Below, piece by piece: positions 12,022-23,687 of a DNA stretch of 64,000 bases. Each line of letters starts with the position of its first letter. The stretch's first letter is position 1. Source of the DNA: Heteronotia binoei (Eukaryota); assembly GCF_032191835.1 (NCBI RefSeq), contig NC_083227.1:17608001-17672000 (forward strand), written 5' to 3'. Under the pieces are notes generated by a model, which saw only the letters and a list, made by a program, of their open reading frames with translations, was not told where the DNA came from and ran no database searches. The position numbers and the translations under genes are program-made.

Positions 12022-12408
12022 ATGAGCAGTTGCGTTAGAACGGATAAAAGGAAGTACTTCTTTACCCAAAGGGTGATTAACACATGGAATTCACTGCCAC
12101 AGGAGGTGGTGGCAGCTACAAGCACAAATAGCTTCAAGAGGGGACTAGATAAACATATGGAGCAGACGTCCATCAGTGGCTATTAGCCACAAGGTATAGA
12201 TGAAACTCTCTGTCTGGGGCATGTGATGCTCTTTATTCTTGGTGCTTGAGGGGGGCAGCAGTGGGAGGGTTTCTAGTGTCCTGACCCCAATGGTGGACTT
12301 CCTGATAGCACCTGGGTTTTTTTTTTTTGCCACTGTGTGACAGAGTGTTGGACTGGATGGGCCACTGGCCTGATCCAACATGGCTTCTTTATGCTTTTGT
12401 GTTCTTAT
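12022..12408 (+). mobile_element. CR1 3' fragment in paralog A intron
   Basis: RTDKRKYFFTQRVINTWNSLPQEVV is the CR1 RT end; 3' UTR and TTCTTAT tail follow. Confidence 0.88.
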
Positions 12409-12743
12409 ATCCAGGTTGGGGGCTGGATGTTCTGAGAACATGGAGTTCAATGTGATTTCCAGCCCCTCTTTTTCTCCCTCCAATCCAGACTCAAGGGTTT
12501 GTGGGAGGGCCCAGCTGGCAGGAGAATGGAGTGCCTGGGGTTTTGGTCTGATCCAACAAGGATGCTGTAACTTGTTGAGCTCCAGAGTTCACAGGGCATT
12601 TCTAACGAAACAAAAAAACATGTGTCATGGGTACCTTGTGATTGTCTTTCACCTCTCCATTAGTTTATTAAAAAGCATTACACATTTAACAAAATGCAGA
12701 GTCAAGGCTAGAATTCACCCTTCCAATTTTGTCTCCCTCGCAG

Positions 12744-12811
12744 GTTGTGAAGAGATGTTGTCAAGCCATCATCTTTACAGTGGAGCACAAATGTCTCCCC
12801 CTCTGGCCCAG
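12744..12811 (+). CDS. Paralog A linker exon (68 nt)
   Basis: CAG| ... CAG|GTAAGG; phase 1 to 0; GCEEMLSSHHLYSGAQMSPPLAQ. Confidence 0.78.
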
Positions 12812-13012
12812 GTAAGGGGGGATGAATGGGGGACTGCTCCTTTCTCAGGGACATCTTTGCTCCAGCTTTCTGAGCAAGTGAGGCTCTGAACACAACTCCT
12901 TGTGCACATAGTAAGCTCTGCATCCTGCACCCTCCCAGAATGCCCCCGTCCATCAAGGCTGTCGTCTCTGCCTGCCATGACCTGTGACAAGGGAATCTGC
13001 TTTTGCTTTCAG

Positions 13013-13139
13013 TCTCCCTTGTCCTTTGAGGAGGTGGCCGTGTATTTCACCGAAGTTGAGTGGGGCCTGCTGAATCCAGGTCAAAAAACTCTTTATACGG
13101 AAGTCATGGCGGAGAATTATGGAAATGTGGCCTCTCTGG
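13013..13139 (+). CDS. Paralog A exon: KRAB-A box (127 nt)
   Basis: [42 protein letters not shown]; canonical 127-nt phase 0-to-1 exon. Confidence 0.92.
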
Positions 13140-15539
13140 GTAAGGATCTTCTAACTATAGGTGCTAATTGCTGCCATTGGGATGATGCGTGACTCAAAAT
13201 ATTGAAATGCAGTATGTGGTTGTGAGGCCTGCTAAGCTACTTGCTCCCCCCCCCCCCCCAGGGCCTCCAGGACCTGGGGTGGCACTGAAAATGAAGTTCA
13301 GCATGGCTGGAGAGAGTGACCCCAGCTCCCTGGCTAACCCAGGGGCAGCAGTGTTTCGGCCTTCACCCAAGCCAGAGAGGGTGCCATGGCCTGTGGCCAA
13401 GGTGGGGCTGAGAGGCCCTCAGAAAGACTGGAAACATATCTTATTATGTAAATTCCCGATTCCCCGAGATAACTATATGAGATGCATTTGCTTGGAAGAA
13501 GGATAAATGTTTAGCTGTGAATAGTGTTATAGGATAGATTATAGTTTTAAATATGTGTTGTTTTTGTTGATTTTTCACTATCTGACAGCAATGAAGACCC
13601 TGTGAATTTAGGGGGAGGTGTTTGTGAGTTTCCTTCATTGTGCAGGGGGTGGGACTAGATGACCCTAGAGGTCCCTTCCAACACTATGATTCTATCATTG
13701 TTATCTGTAGATAGTATTTTTTAAACAATTCAGGAAATAAAATTTATTAATTTAAAAAAAGAGGCTCTGGAAGGGGCCAGATCCTGATTTCTCAGGGGCC
13801 ATCCTCTACCACATGCCCCTGCCCCAGATGGGATTACAGCCACCCTCTCTGCCTGTGATCAGGAAGGGATCTAACTCCTTTCTTTAGGTTGGAATTTGGG
13901 GCTTTGATTTTGACCATGGCTCCATCCCCCCCATAAGAATTTTTCCTCTTCCTCGGATTTTTTTTCTTCCTCATATAAGAACAATAACTTTCTGTCTCTC
14001 TGTCAAAGAAGCCAGGAATGGAAGAGAGACTACAGTGGAGAGCAATGGACACTTTGTGTCCAAAGAATGGCTGGAGAGTTTCTCAGGAAGATCTCAGGAG
14101 ACTCTTTCTTTTCCACATGAGCTGCCTGCCAGTGAGTATCTTTCATGGTTATGTCAAGGAAATTAGCAAGAAATAGCAGGGGACCTTTCCTCTTCACTTC
14201 TAGGCAACTCTTGGTTTAGTAGAATGATCAAGTTTGGTAGGTAAGGAGGGCTTCTAGGCCGGATATATGAAGATTTGGGAGCTCCTTCTGGGTCTGAGCT
14301 CAGCTGTGGCTATTGATGGGCTGCACTCTCCTTAAATAAAGGACATTCCATGGAGGGGAGGGTTATCTAAGAACAACCCTGCTGGATGAGATCAAAGGCA
14401 CATTTGCCCTCTCCTACTATGGTCTGCTGGATGTCTTCATTCCTTAGGTGGAGTTGGGTTTGAGTGCTTTCTTCGGAGCTGTTCTACCTTGTAGGGGTGG
14501 TGTCCAATTCTTTCTTTCGAGGTGCTCTACCTTGCAGGGATGGCGTCTTGCAGATAGTTCCACTCAAGGAGGACCAGCTTCTGTCAAACCACACAGCATG
14601 CTCTGTTGTGGTGAGGGGAATCAATGTTCACCCCACGGGTGTGGAATCGTGTGCTATTTAAGCGATTCCCACTCACCTTGTCAACCCAGTAAGCACAAAG
14701 TCAAGTTCTCCTTTGAAGCAGAGTTGGTTGAGCCACAACAGGATAGGGAAAGCCCTGTAGCCCCTTCCTGTCTCCCCAACAGGCAGGTGACTGACTCCTT
14801 CCCAAACACTATTTCCCTTCCACCCCCTTCAGGTAGGAAAGCATCTGCTGCAGAAGAACAGACATACACAAACAGAAATAACGGGTATATCTGTCTGATC
14901 AGTGTGCCCTGATGTGTGGCTTTCTCCAAGGCCAGCCAGCACTATCTCGCCCTGTCCCCAGGAAAGAGGATTGACAACAATAACAACCGTGTGGTTTTCT
15001 AAGGTGCTGCCCAACTAACTTCCTCGCACTTCCCTTCCATCGCTCTGGTCATGCTGTTCCTGTGCATATCTGCATGTTCACTGCGGGTTGCAAGGGTTTG
15101 GGGAGGATGGGTCAGGACAAACTCTCCTGGGGTCGGATCTGGACTTTCTGACACTACGTGCTCCTCTAGGGTTGATTTCCAGTGGGGCTTTCTCTGCTGT
15201 GTCATTTTGTAATCAGAAAATGACCTTGAGTTCAATAAGCCACTTTTCTGGCTGACCATAAGATGCACTTCTTTCCAGAGAGACAGGTTGACTCTGTGCT
15301 TCTAGGAAAGGCAGAAGTGCCTGGATGATTCAGAGATGGCCTAGAGAGCACTTGGAGATAGCAAGAAAATGGCTCTGAATGTAGGTGGACTTACACTGTA
15401 GGGCTGCTTTTCTTACTTGTCATTACCTTCCCCCCCCCTAACAAATGGCACCTCTTCCAAAACCATGGGTGTCTCTTTTAAACTGTAGGGTACCCTTTGT
15501 GAGTTCCTGGCTCCTCGCTGCCCCATAGCAAGGGTGTTT

Positions 15540-15972
15540 TTTTTTTCCCCATTTAAAATGTTTTACTGAAAGAAAATGTTTAAAGCCATAATACATAGAA
15601 GAAACATAGGAAACAATTGTCAATAAACAATACAATCAAGGAACAAGGCCAAACGTATGCAACTGTAATTAGGAAAAATTTTAAAAGGAGGTGGAGTGGG
15701 AAGGAGGAACAAAAAATGGTAGAACAGCAGTACATCACTGTAATCACAAAAACAAACAATTAAAGAAATATAATTAACAATTTCTCGACCTGCAGATAAA
15801 AGCTGGAGTAGCAAGTTTTCTTTGTAAGCAATGTGTTTAGCAACGGAGTTAGTATAAAAGGAGTCATAATCAATTTTCTCAAGGATAGGAAACCATTAGC
15901 CATGTAGTTTTGATACAGCCTGGTAGGGATCAGATTGATCCTGGCCAGAAGAGCTCTTGTCCATAGTGATAT
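15540..15972 (-). mobile_element. L1 3' end remnant (longer copy at about 33400-34060 in B)
   Basis: - strand decayed frames (..WFSILEKIGNDPF..) with an A-rich end; shared by A and B. Confidence 0.6.
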
Positions 15973-18235
15973 CTCCTCCCTACAGCCTCTATCTAAGAAA
16001 AGTGTAGTCTTTCTCTGCAGTGGGGACCAAAGCAACTTACATCATTCTTGTCTTTCCCTTTTCGATCTGCACAACAACCCTATGAGGCAGGTTAGGCTGA
16101 AAGTCTACGACTGGTCCGAAATCACCGAGTCAGCTTCCGCAGCAAGAAGTTGGGTCTGGCAGACCCTTCTCTGAAGCACTAGCTGCCACGTCACACCAAG
16201 GGGGGTGACCTCAGCAGGGTACAATGACTCAGAATACCATTTTCTCCTGAGGAACTGATATCTGCCCATCTGGAGAACAGTTGTAGTTCTGAGTGATCGC
16301 CAGGCCTCACCTGGAAATTGGCAACAATGGATCCCCAGGAGGAAATGGCTGGCTTGGAGGTGGAGTCTATGGCATTATACCTGTCTGAGTTACCATTCTT
16401 CCTCAAACCCTACTTTCTCCAAGCTCCAACCCTCAAATCTCCAAGAATTTCTCAAACTGGGGTTGGCAACCCTCTCTCCTTCCTAGCCAATCACTAACCT
16501 ACATTTATCTGACCTCTCACTTCAGCTTTCCATCTCCTCCCCCCACCCCTCCAACCCAGGTCTTTCTCTAAAGCAGCTTACATCATTTTCCTCTCCCCCT
16601 TTTGATCCGCACAACCCTGTGAGGTAGGTTAGGCTGAAAGTCTGTGACTGGCCTAAAATCCTCCATCAGCTTCCACTGTAGGAATCTGGTTCTGGCAGAC
16701 CCTGCCCTGAAGTGCTGACTGTCACATCATACTGGCTGTCAAAGTATGTGGGCTGAAACCATATGTTATACTTCCATTTCAATGTACTTTAATTATGATC
16801 ATTTTAAGGTATGAACTGGGCTCTGTTTCTTACATTTATTAAATAACTGCAGCACCATCCCCTTTAATGATACATCAGTGAAGAATTTCAAACATTTTAA
16901 AATGATACCAGAAACTTATTCTTTCCCTGAAGTTTTAATGGGACACTATTTATGAATCTTTATTATATCACTGAATCTTTACTATATGTGTGTGTCTTAT
17001 ACCTTTTAAAAAAGAGATATCCAAGACACAGCTGCATGGAGTTACCTAGATTAGTTTTCTTGAAGTAGAGTTAGTTTTCAAGCTTTTTGGAGAGAGTGTT
17101 TTGCTAGTAAAATCCAGAAGGCTTTTGCATCTAATGAGAGAAGAGCTTCAAGGACTGGCTTCTAAATTAAACACTTAAGTGGTGTTGAGAGCATTTTGCC
17201 ATCAAAATTCAGAAGGCTTTTCATTTGGGTAGAAGAGAGGTTCAGGAATAGTTGGCTCCTAATATAAATGTAATGCAGAGAGCATTTGGCACCCAAATCA
17301 GGAAAGCTTTTGCATCTGTTTAGAGAAGATGTTAAGGCCCGGCTGGTTCCTGGTATTAACACTGAATTGTAATAAGAAGCTGATAACTTTTAAGAAAATA
17401 GGAATACTCCTGAGGAAGACTTTTGATTAAATGAGCCTACGTTGGATGAACTTTTCATTGCAGTCTTGTAAAGTTGAACTTCTTTATAATGTGTTTAAAA
17501 GGATTTATATGATTTCTTAAAAATAAGTATACTGTTAGCCAGTATATCACAGTGGTGGTTTTTTTTCTGTTTTCTGAACAGGAGCAAGCAGCCAGGCCTA
17601 GTTAAGTCATACCAGTCAGGTGACAACAAAATAGGCCTGCAAAGGGTCTCCTCCCCCCGCCTTTTACTGACAGAACCAATCTTGGCTGTAGGGTTGCCAG
17701 TTTCAACTCAGAAAATATCTGGGGACTTGGGTGGTGGAGCCAGGAGACTTTCTCATTCCCCCGCCTCCAAAAACAACAACACTTCTGTTCCCCTGAATAC
17801 AGTCTTCGTTTACTTGTTCCCCAGCAGCTGAGTGCACTTCACTAATTTGAAGTGTGCACTCATACAAAGCAGCCAAATTAACACAGTTTGCAAGCACACA
17901 CTTTTGTGATCTCACTGGGGCAATTTACTCACTGGAGCAATTCACTCACCAGAACAATCTGCTGTATTTCAGCCAACAGGAAAATGAAAACAGAGCAGTT
18001 CCAAACAAACAGAGGGACTCTGTTCACTTCTCTTCCTTTTATATACTCACCAGGAAGATCCAGGAGCCCTCAGCCAGTTGGAGGAAGGCTCCCTGTGGCT
18101 GTTCCCTTCCTCCTACCACCCTCAGCCAATGGAATGCAACAGACCTTGATGGATGGTTTGATGGGGCAAAGGTTGATGCAGTACAGTCCCAACCAATCAG
18201 GATGCTCCATTTTGCCACCACGGAAGGGCTTTGAT
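15973..18235 (+). repeat. About 2.3-kb copy of the region upstream of gene A, inserted into A intron 4
   Basis: Collinear with 4127-6450 plus 7712-8395 once later insertions are removed; B has about 170 bp of L1 at this position instead. Confidence 0.85.
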
Positions 18236-18652
18236 ATGTATAGGATAATGAAGTATATGCTTTCAAAATGCTGTTACTCTTTTGCAGTCCCACCAGCAAT
18301 GAAGGTAGGAAGCGACAGCCTCACAACCCCTCCTACAAAGAGTGGAGTATTGTTTGTTGAAGTCAGAAATGCACAAGGGGAAAGCAAACTTGTATTTTTG
18401 GGTGATTGAAAACCAACTCCTTTGTGGCTCTCATCACATCTTGAAGGACACTCTCTGTGTAGTTGCAGGACTGGATATCTTGATAACTTCTTGTATTTAA
18501 TCATAACCAGAGAATCAAAAGACATGCTCAGCACATCAAGTGGGACTAGTGAGGGAACAAATCTTTGTCACTTTCCCCCTTGATGTACATTCTGCGGGAG
18601 GGGGGGATTGGAGGAATAGGCAGAATATGAACTCAGTGCTATGGGAGGGCCT

Positions 18653-19905
18653 AGACCAAGCCAAAAGAACTGCGTTAACAAATTGAATAAATATCTCATA
18701 CCACTGAAAGTCTCTTATGATGTCATTTATATACTCAAGTACATGGATACAGACATACAAAAATATTCTTAGATGTCACTATCAAACAATATATGAATTT
18801 GTCACGCCCTGGCTCCCTAGATGGCGGGCCCCCTGTGGAGGCTGTTGTTCCATCTTCCCAGAGTCCCTCTCCTGAAGGCGGCCAGGGGGTCTCTGAATGG
18901 GGATGACAAGGGTGTGGTGTCATCCCATCCACTGAAAGGGCCTGGCCTGGTGGTCCTTCAGGGTGGCTCCAGCTCCTTATCGGGGCCCTGCCTCTTCTTC
19001 AGCTGGCTGGCCAACGTCACGATCTGCCTCTTTTCGGCCAGCTGGACAACACCATGGCGTTCTAGCTGGCTGGCTCACCTCCCTTCCTGGTGGGTGCTTG
19101 GGTCATGGGGCTCGATGGTTTGGGATCATTTGGCTCACCTGGAGGGAAGGGGTGCTGTTGCACGAGTCCCACCCGGGGAATTGTTGGGACAGAATTGCAC
19201 AAAAGTATCTCTGTAGTTTTGACTGCATATGTCAGAAATATAGACAAAGAATGAAAGGCTTGCTTTCAGTGTGGTCCAATATAAAGAAGTTTTCATCCAA
19301 AAAGAAATGGTTCAGTCTCTTGCTGGCTTCTCTCTCCTCTCAATACGCCCGCTAGCTTACAAGAAGCTGTGTTTCACTTCCATTGCTTTCTCAAGGGCTG
19401 ATTTAAACCTTACGGCATGCTGTGGTGTTCTAAGATGTCCTTAGATAGAAAATGTCTTCCGAATATTCTATCCACAGGAAGCTGGAAAAACAGCCCAGGG
19501 CCAAGAGAGCCCACCTGCGGCCTATGCGGGTGCTGTGGCCCCAGAATGAGGCAAGCCAGCACCTCCCAAGAGAGGGGCATGACCCAGAAGGGGAACAGGA
19601 TGACTAAAACCTGGCCATCCCCATACTGAGCCCCCAGCAGCCTTCAAGAGAGGGACATGGGAAGGTGGGATGACAGCCACCGGAGGGGCCCATCAACCAG
19701 GGAACCGGGGAGTGACAAATTCATATATTGTTTGATGGTGATGGGTAAGAATATTTCTGTATATCTATATCCGTGTATCCATGTATTATTGAGTATATAA
19801 ATGACATAAGTGATTTTCAGTGGTTTATGATATTTATATAATTGGTTAGCACAGTTCTTTTGGCTTGTTCTGGGTCATTACTGTGTGTTCACTGATATTG
19901 CTACA
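18653..19905. mobile_element. Unclassified insertion with long inverted arms and a 14-bp flanking direct repeat
   Basis: CTATGGGAGGGCCT at 18639 and 19906; arms 18653-18900 and 19620-19872 are inverted; paralog C has a single-copy empty site at about 63320-63335. Confidence 0.75.
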
Positions 19906-20053
19906 CTATGGGAGGGCCTGGCAGGTGTGACCAGTGGCTGAGTTTCAGAGGAAGGAAAATCTTACTGAGGACTTACTCACCTATTCATGAGCAGGGCCTA
20001 GCTGGTGGCTTGGCTTCTTGCTTGGGTGCTGATGAAGACTCTCTTTATTCCAG

Positions 20054-20179
20054 CAGCAGATGCAGAGGAGACAGCTGGGGAATTCCAGGGATTCTCTTTG
20101 GAAAATGCCAAGAATGAAGATGCTGAAGGAAAGTTGGGAGATGGAGATGTAGCACAGAGGCAGGAGCAAAGCCATGCAG
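20054..20179 (+). CDS. Paralog A 126-nt acidic linker exon (stub of a decayed ZF exon)
   Basis: Polypyrimidine tract with CAG|CAGCAG acceptor and CAG|GTAAGA donor; phase 1 to 1; identical length in B and C. Confidence 0.7.
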
Positions 20180-20445
20180 GTAAGAGGAGGAATAAGCCCA
20201 TTTCTTGCCAAGGAGGGGTTTTCCATGAAATCCCAGACCAAGACAGGTCATGAAAGAAAAAGAGAGAGAAAGGGAGGGAGGCCTGCATGGGAACCAGTAA
20301 ATCCTCTCCAAGGAAAAAAGTGGAATAAAATTGTGGCCTTCGCAGACACCTTCAGTCAAAGAAAGAACGTCATTAGACACCAGTTCCCTTAGGAGAGAAA
20401 CCGTATAATCACTTGAAGTACAGAAAGAGCGTCTATGGGAAAACA
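20180..20445 (+). pseudogene. Decayed remainder of the upstream zinc-finger exon copy
   Basis: KRRNKPISCQGGVFHEIP parallels [16 protein letters not shown] of the live exon; stop at 20251; relic EKPYNHLKYRKS. Confidence 0.7.
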
Positions 20446-21449
20446 GTCCAGGTGAGCACTATAGGAAAAAAAAGGGGCTCCCTGCGTTTAAGCAAAACAT
20501 TCTGCACTAAAATGAATTCAAACAGCCCGCAGAAAAATAAATCAGAGTGCACACAGGCACTTTTAAAGTGCACGCAGGCACTTTTTAAAGGTTAAGAGTC
20601 TGCTTTTGACGCATAAACCAAAATCATGAGACGACGGTCTGTAATGAATTCTTTCATCCAGATCACACACAGACACTTAAATTATCCCACTTCACAGTCT
20701 TTCATATTTAGTCCACTATTGTTTCAATGAGGTGTTAGGACAAAGAAGAAGTTCATCCACATAAAGCCAGTCCATGTTAGCTGGTGTCAAATGTTTCGTT
20801 GCCTTTTTCAAGACTGATGACTTTTAAGCGGAAATGTGGAAAAAATGTTTAAATTCATTTTAGTGAAGACTGTTTGGGAAAAGAGGTTATGCCAAAGTGC
20901 CTGCGTGCACTCTTGTGTTTCATATTGCAGTCTGTTTAAAGGTAGAAGCTTTGGAATACTAAAGTGCCTGTGTGCACATTTATATTTTTCATCTTAGATT
21001 ATTTAGAAATAGAGTCTACTCAGAAGTGAAGGCCACAGGGTTTTTCCTATCACATACTTTTTTTCCTGTAATAAAGATTTTGCTAGTATAGTTTCACCCT
21101 GATGTTTCTTCTAATATAGTCTTACTTCTGGTGGAACTGTCCTGCTCTCACCTGCAGGCCCTGTTCCTTTTAAACTCAGAATTGAGGTTTTGCTCAGTTC
21201 AAATCTGCATCCCAAAGTGCATTTCTTCCCACTTCACATCTAAGACATCATACAGATGGGAAGTTGTACAAATGGTCAGAGTCCCAAACAAGGTTCTCTG
21301 ATGCAGGTTTAATGTACCTTTATTGTACACTTCAGTGTACGTTAGGATGAAGCCACTGAAATATTTGGAGTGCCTGGATGGAAGTTCAGGTGCAGATTAG
21401 ATCTCCTTGTGTGGGTTCTAAAAGGATCTCTCTCTCTTTATTCCTTCAG

Positions 21450-23260
21450 GAGATGATCAGTGGGCTGAGGAGGATGAGGAACAGCATCTTTTATCACCAG
21501 ATGAAATCCAGAATGAAGATATGAGGGGAAATGTCAGGAATCACGTAAGACCTAAGAGGCAGAAAGTCAGCCATGTGGTCAAGAAGAGGAGTAAACCCAT
21601 TCCTCGCCAAGGGGGGGATTTCCAAGAGGTTGTGCACATGTTGGAAGAAACAGTCAATGGCTTGGAGTGCGGAAAGAACATTTTAGGTCAAACACAATGT
21701 AACGTCCATTTAGAAATGCATAGTGGAAATAGCACCCATCAATCCCTGGAGAGTGGAGAGACCATGATTCACAGAGCAGACCTTTGTAAACATCAAAGAT
21801 CACATATAGGAGAGAACCTTTATAGGTACTCAGACTGTGCCAAGAGCTTTTCAGAGAAATCAGACCTTGACAAACACCAAAGCACACATTCAACAGAGAA
21901 GCAATTTATCTACTCAGAGACTGGAATGGCATTCTCTGATGGAAGAAAGCATAATGTACACTTCCCAAAACCCAGTATAATGAAGGCGCATAAATGTTTT
22001 CAGTGTGGAAAGTACTTCAGAAACAGATCACATCTCATTGTGCACCAAAAGATCCACAGAGAGGAGAAACTGTTTGAACTTTCAGAGTGTGGGAAAAGAT
22101 TCAATCATAGCAACAGTTTACAACAGCATAGACAAACCCACGCACGGGAGAAGCCTTTTGAATGCTCAGAGTGTGGAAAGAGATTCATCTGGCATGGCCA
22201 TCTTAAAGAGCATCAACAAACTCACACAGGAGAGAAGCCCTTTGAAAGCTCAGAGTGTGGGAAGAGATTAATTCGCAGTACCATTTTTCAAAAACATCTT
22301 AAAATCCACACAGGGGAGAAGCTGTTTGAATGTTCAGAGTGTGGGAAGAAATTCCGTCGAAGTGACAGTCTTCAAGAGCATCAACGAACCCACACAGGGG
22401 AGAAGCCCTTTGAATGCTCACTGTGTGGGAACACATTCACTCAGAGAAGCCATTTATATCATCACCTAAGAATCCACACAGGGGAGAAGCCTTTTGAATG
22501 CTTTGAGTGTGGGAGGATGTTCAGTCGAAGTGACAGTCTTCAGCACCATCAGTGGACCCACGCAGGGGAGAAGCCCTTTGAATGCTCAGAGTGTGGGAAG
22601 AGATTCATGCAAAGGGGCACTCTTCAGAATCATCAAAGAACCCACACAGGGGAGAATCCCTTTGAATGGTCAGAGTGTGGAAAGAGATTCATGCACATTG
22701 GCACTCTTCAGAAGCATCAACGAATTCACACAAGGGAGAAGCCCTTTGAATGCTCAGAGTGTGGGAGGAGATTCGTGCACAGGGGCACTCTTCAACAGCA
22801 TCAGCGAACCCACACAGGGGAGAAGCCCTTTGAATGCTCAGAGTGTGGGAAGAAATTCATGTACAGTGGCGCTCTTCAGAAGCATCAACGAACCCACACA
22901 GGGGAGAAGCCTTTTGAATGCTCAGAATGTGGGAAGAGATTCAATCGGAGTAGTTCTCTTCAACAGCATCAACAAACCCACACAGGGGAGAGGCCGTTTG
23001 AATGCTCAGAATGTGGGAAGAGATTCAGTCGGAAAGGCACACTTCAACAACATCAACAAACCCACTCAGTGGAGAAACCATTTCAATGCTCAGAGTGTGG
23101 GAAGACATTCACTCGGTGTGCCAATCTTCGAGGACATCAAAAAACCCATACAGGGGAGAAGCCCTTTGAATGCTTAGAGTGTGGGAAGAAATTTTTTTCA
23201 AGTGGTACTCTTCAAAAGCATCAACGATACCACAAAGGGAAGAAACTTTTGAATGTTTAG
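21450..23260 (+). CDS. Paralog A terminal exon: 15 C2H2 fingers (3 lack the first Cys)
   Basis: TTCCTTCAG| acceptor in phase with KRAB; TGEKPF linkers. Spliced protein about 843 aa, or 885 aa with the 126-nt exon. Confidence 0.95.
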
Positions 23261-23640
23261 AGTATGGGAAGACATTTATTTGGGTGGCACTCTTTAAGAT
23301 CATCAGCGAACCTACACAAGAGAGAAGCCCTTTGAATATGCAGAGTGATTCAGCTGGCGTGGTGTGCTTCAACAGCAAACCGGCACAGAACAAGGTTTTT
23401 GAATGTTCAGAATGTGGAAAGCTACTTAGAGTGGCATTCTTCAACAGCATCTATGAACCCATGTAGGGGAGAAGCCCTTTTGAAGGCTCAGAGTGTGTGA
23501 AGAAATTCAGTCACAATGATACTATTTAACAATATCTAAGATGACATACAGAAGAGAAGCCTGTTGAATGCTCAGGGAGTGTGAAAACATTCAGTTATAG
23601 TAGCACTCTTCATCTTCCACACAGCCTACACAGGTGAGTG
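23261..23640 (+). pseudogene. Decayed zinc-finger repeats in the 3' UTR of A (B equivalent about 38889-39260)
   Basis: GAGAAGCCC TTTGAA TGCTCAGAGTGTG-like units continue out of frame after the stop. Confidence 0.8.
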
Positions 23641-23687
23641 TGCAAACAGATTCAGTCAGAGTGGCACTCTTCAACAACATCAAAGGG

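Noticed and set aside
13189-13506. Proline-rich ORF after the KRAB exon of A
   Set aside because: Arises from a poly-C tract in intron sequence; frame not kept in B or C.
14999-15268. 89-aa antisense ORF kept in both A and B (32864-33133)
   Set aside because: Explained by high local DNA identity; disrupted in C; no recognisable domain.
22494-23177. 227-aa ORF (and 37465-38013, 38473-38880) with repeated MNAQSVGR units
   Set aside because: Shifted reading frames of the 84-bp zinc-finger repeat, not separate genes.
22050-23260. Regularly spaced 84-bp repeats that look like a repeat-spacer array
   Set aside because: C2H2 linker periodicity in a vertebrate gene; no CRISPR features or cas genes.
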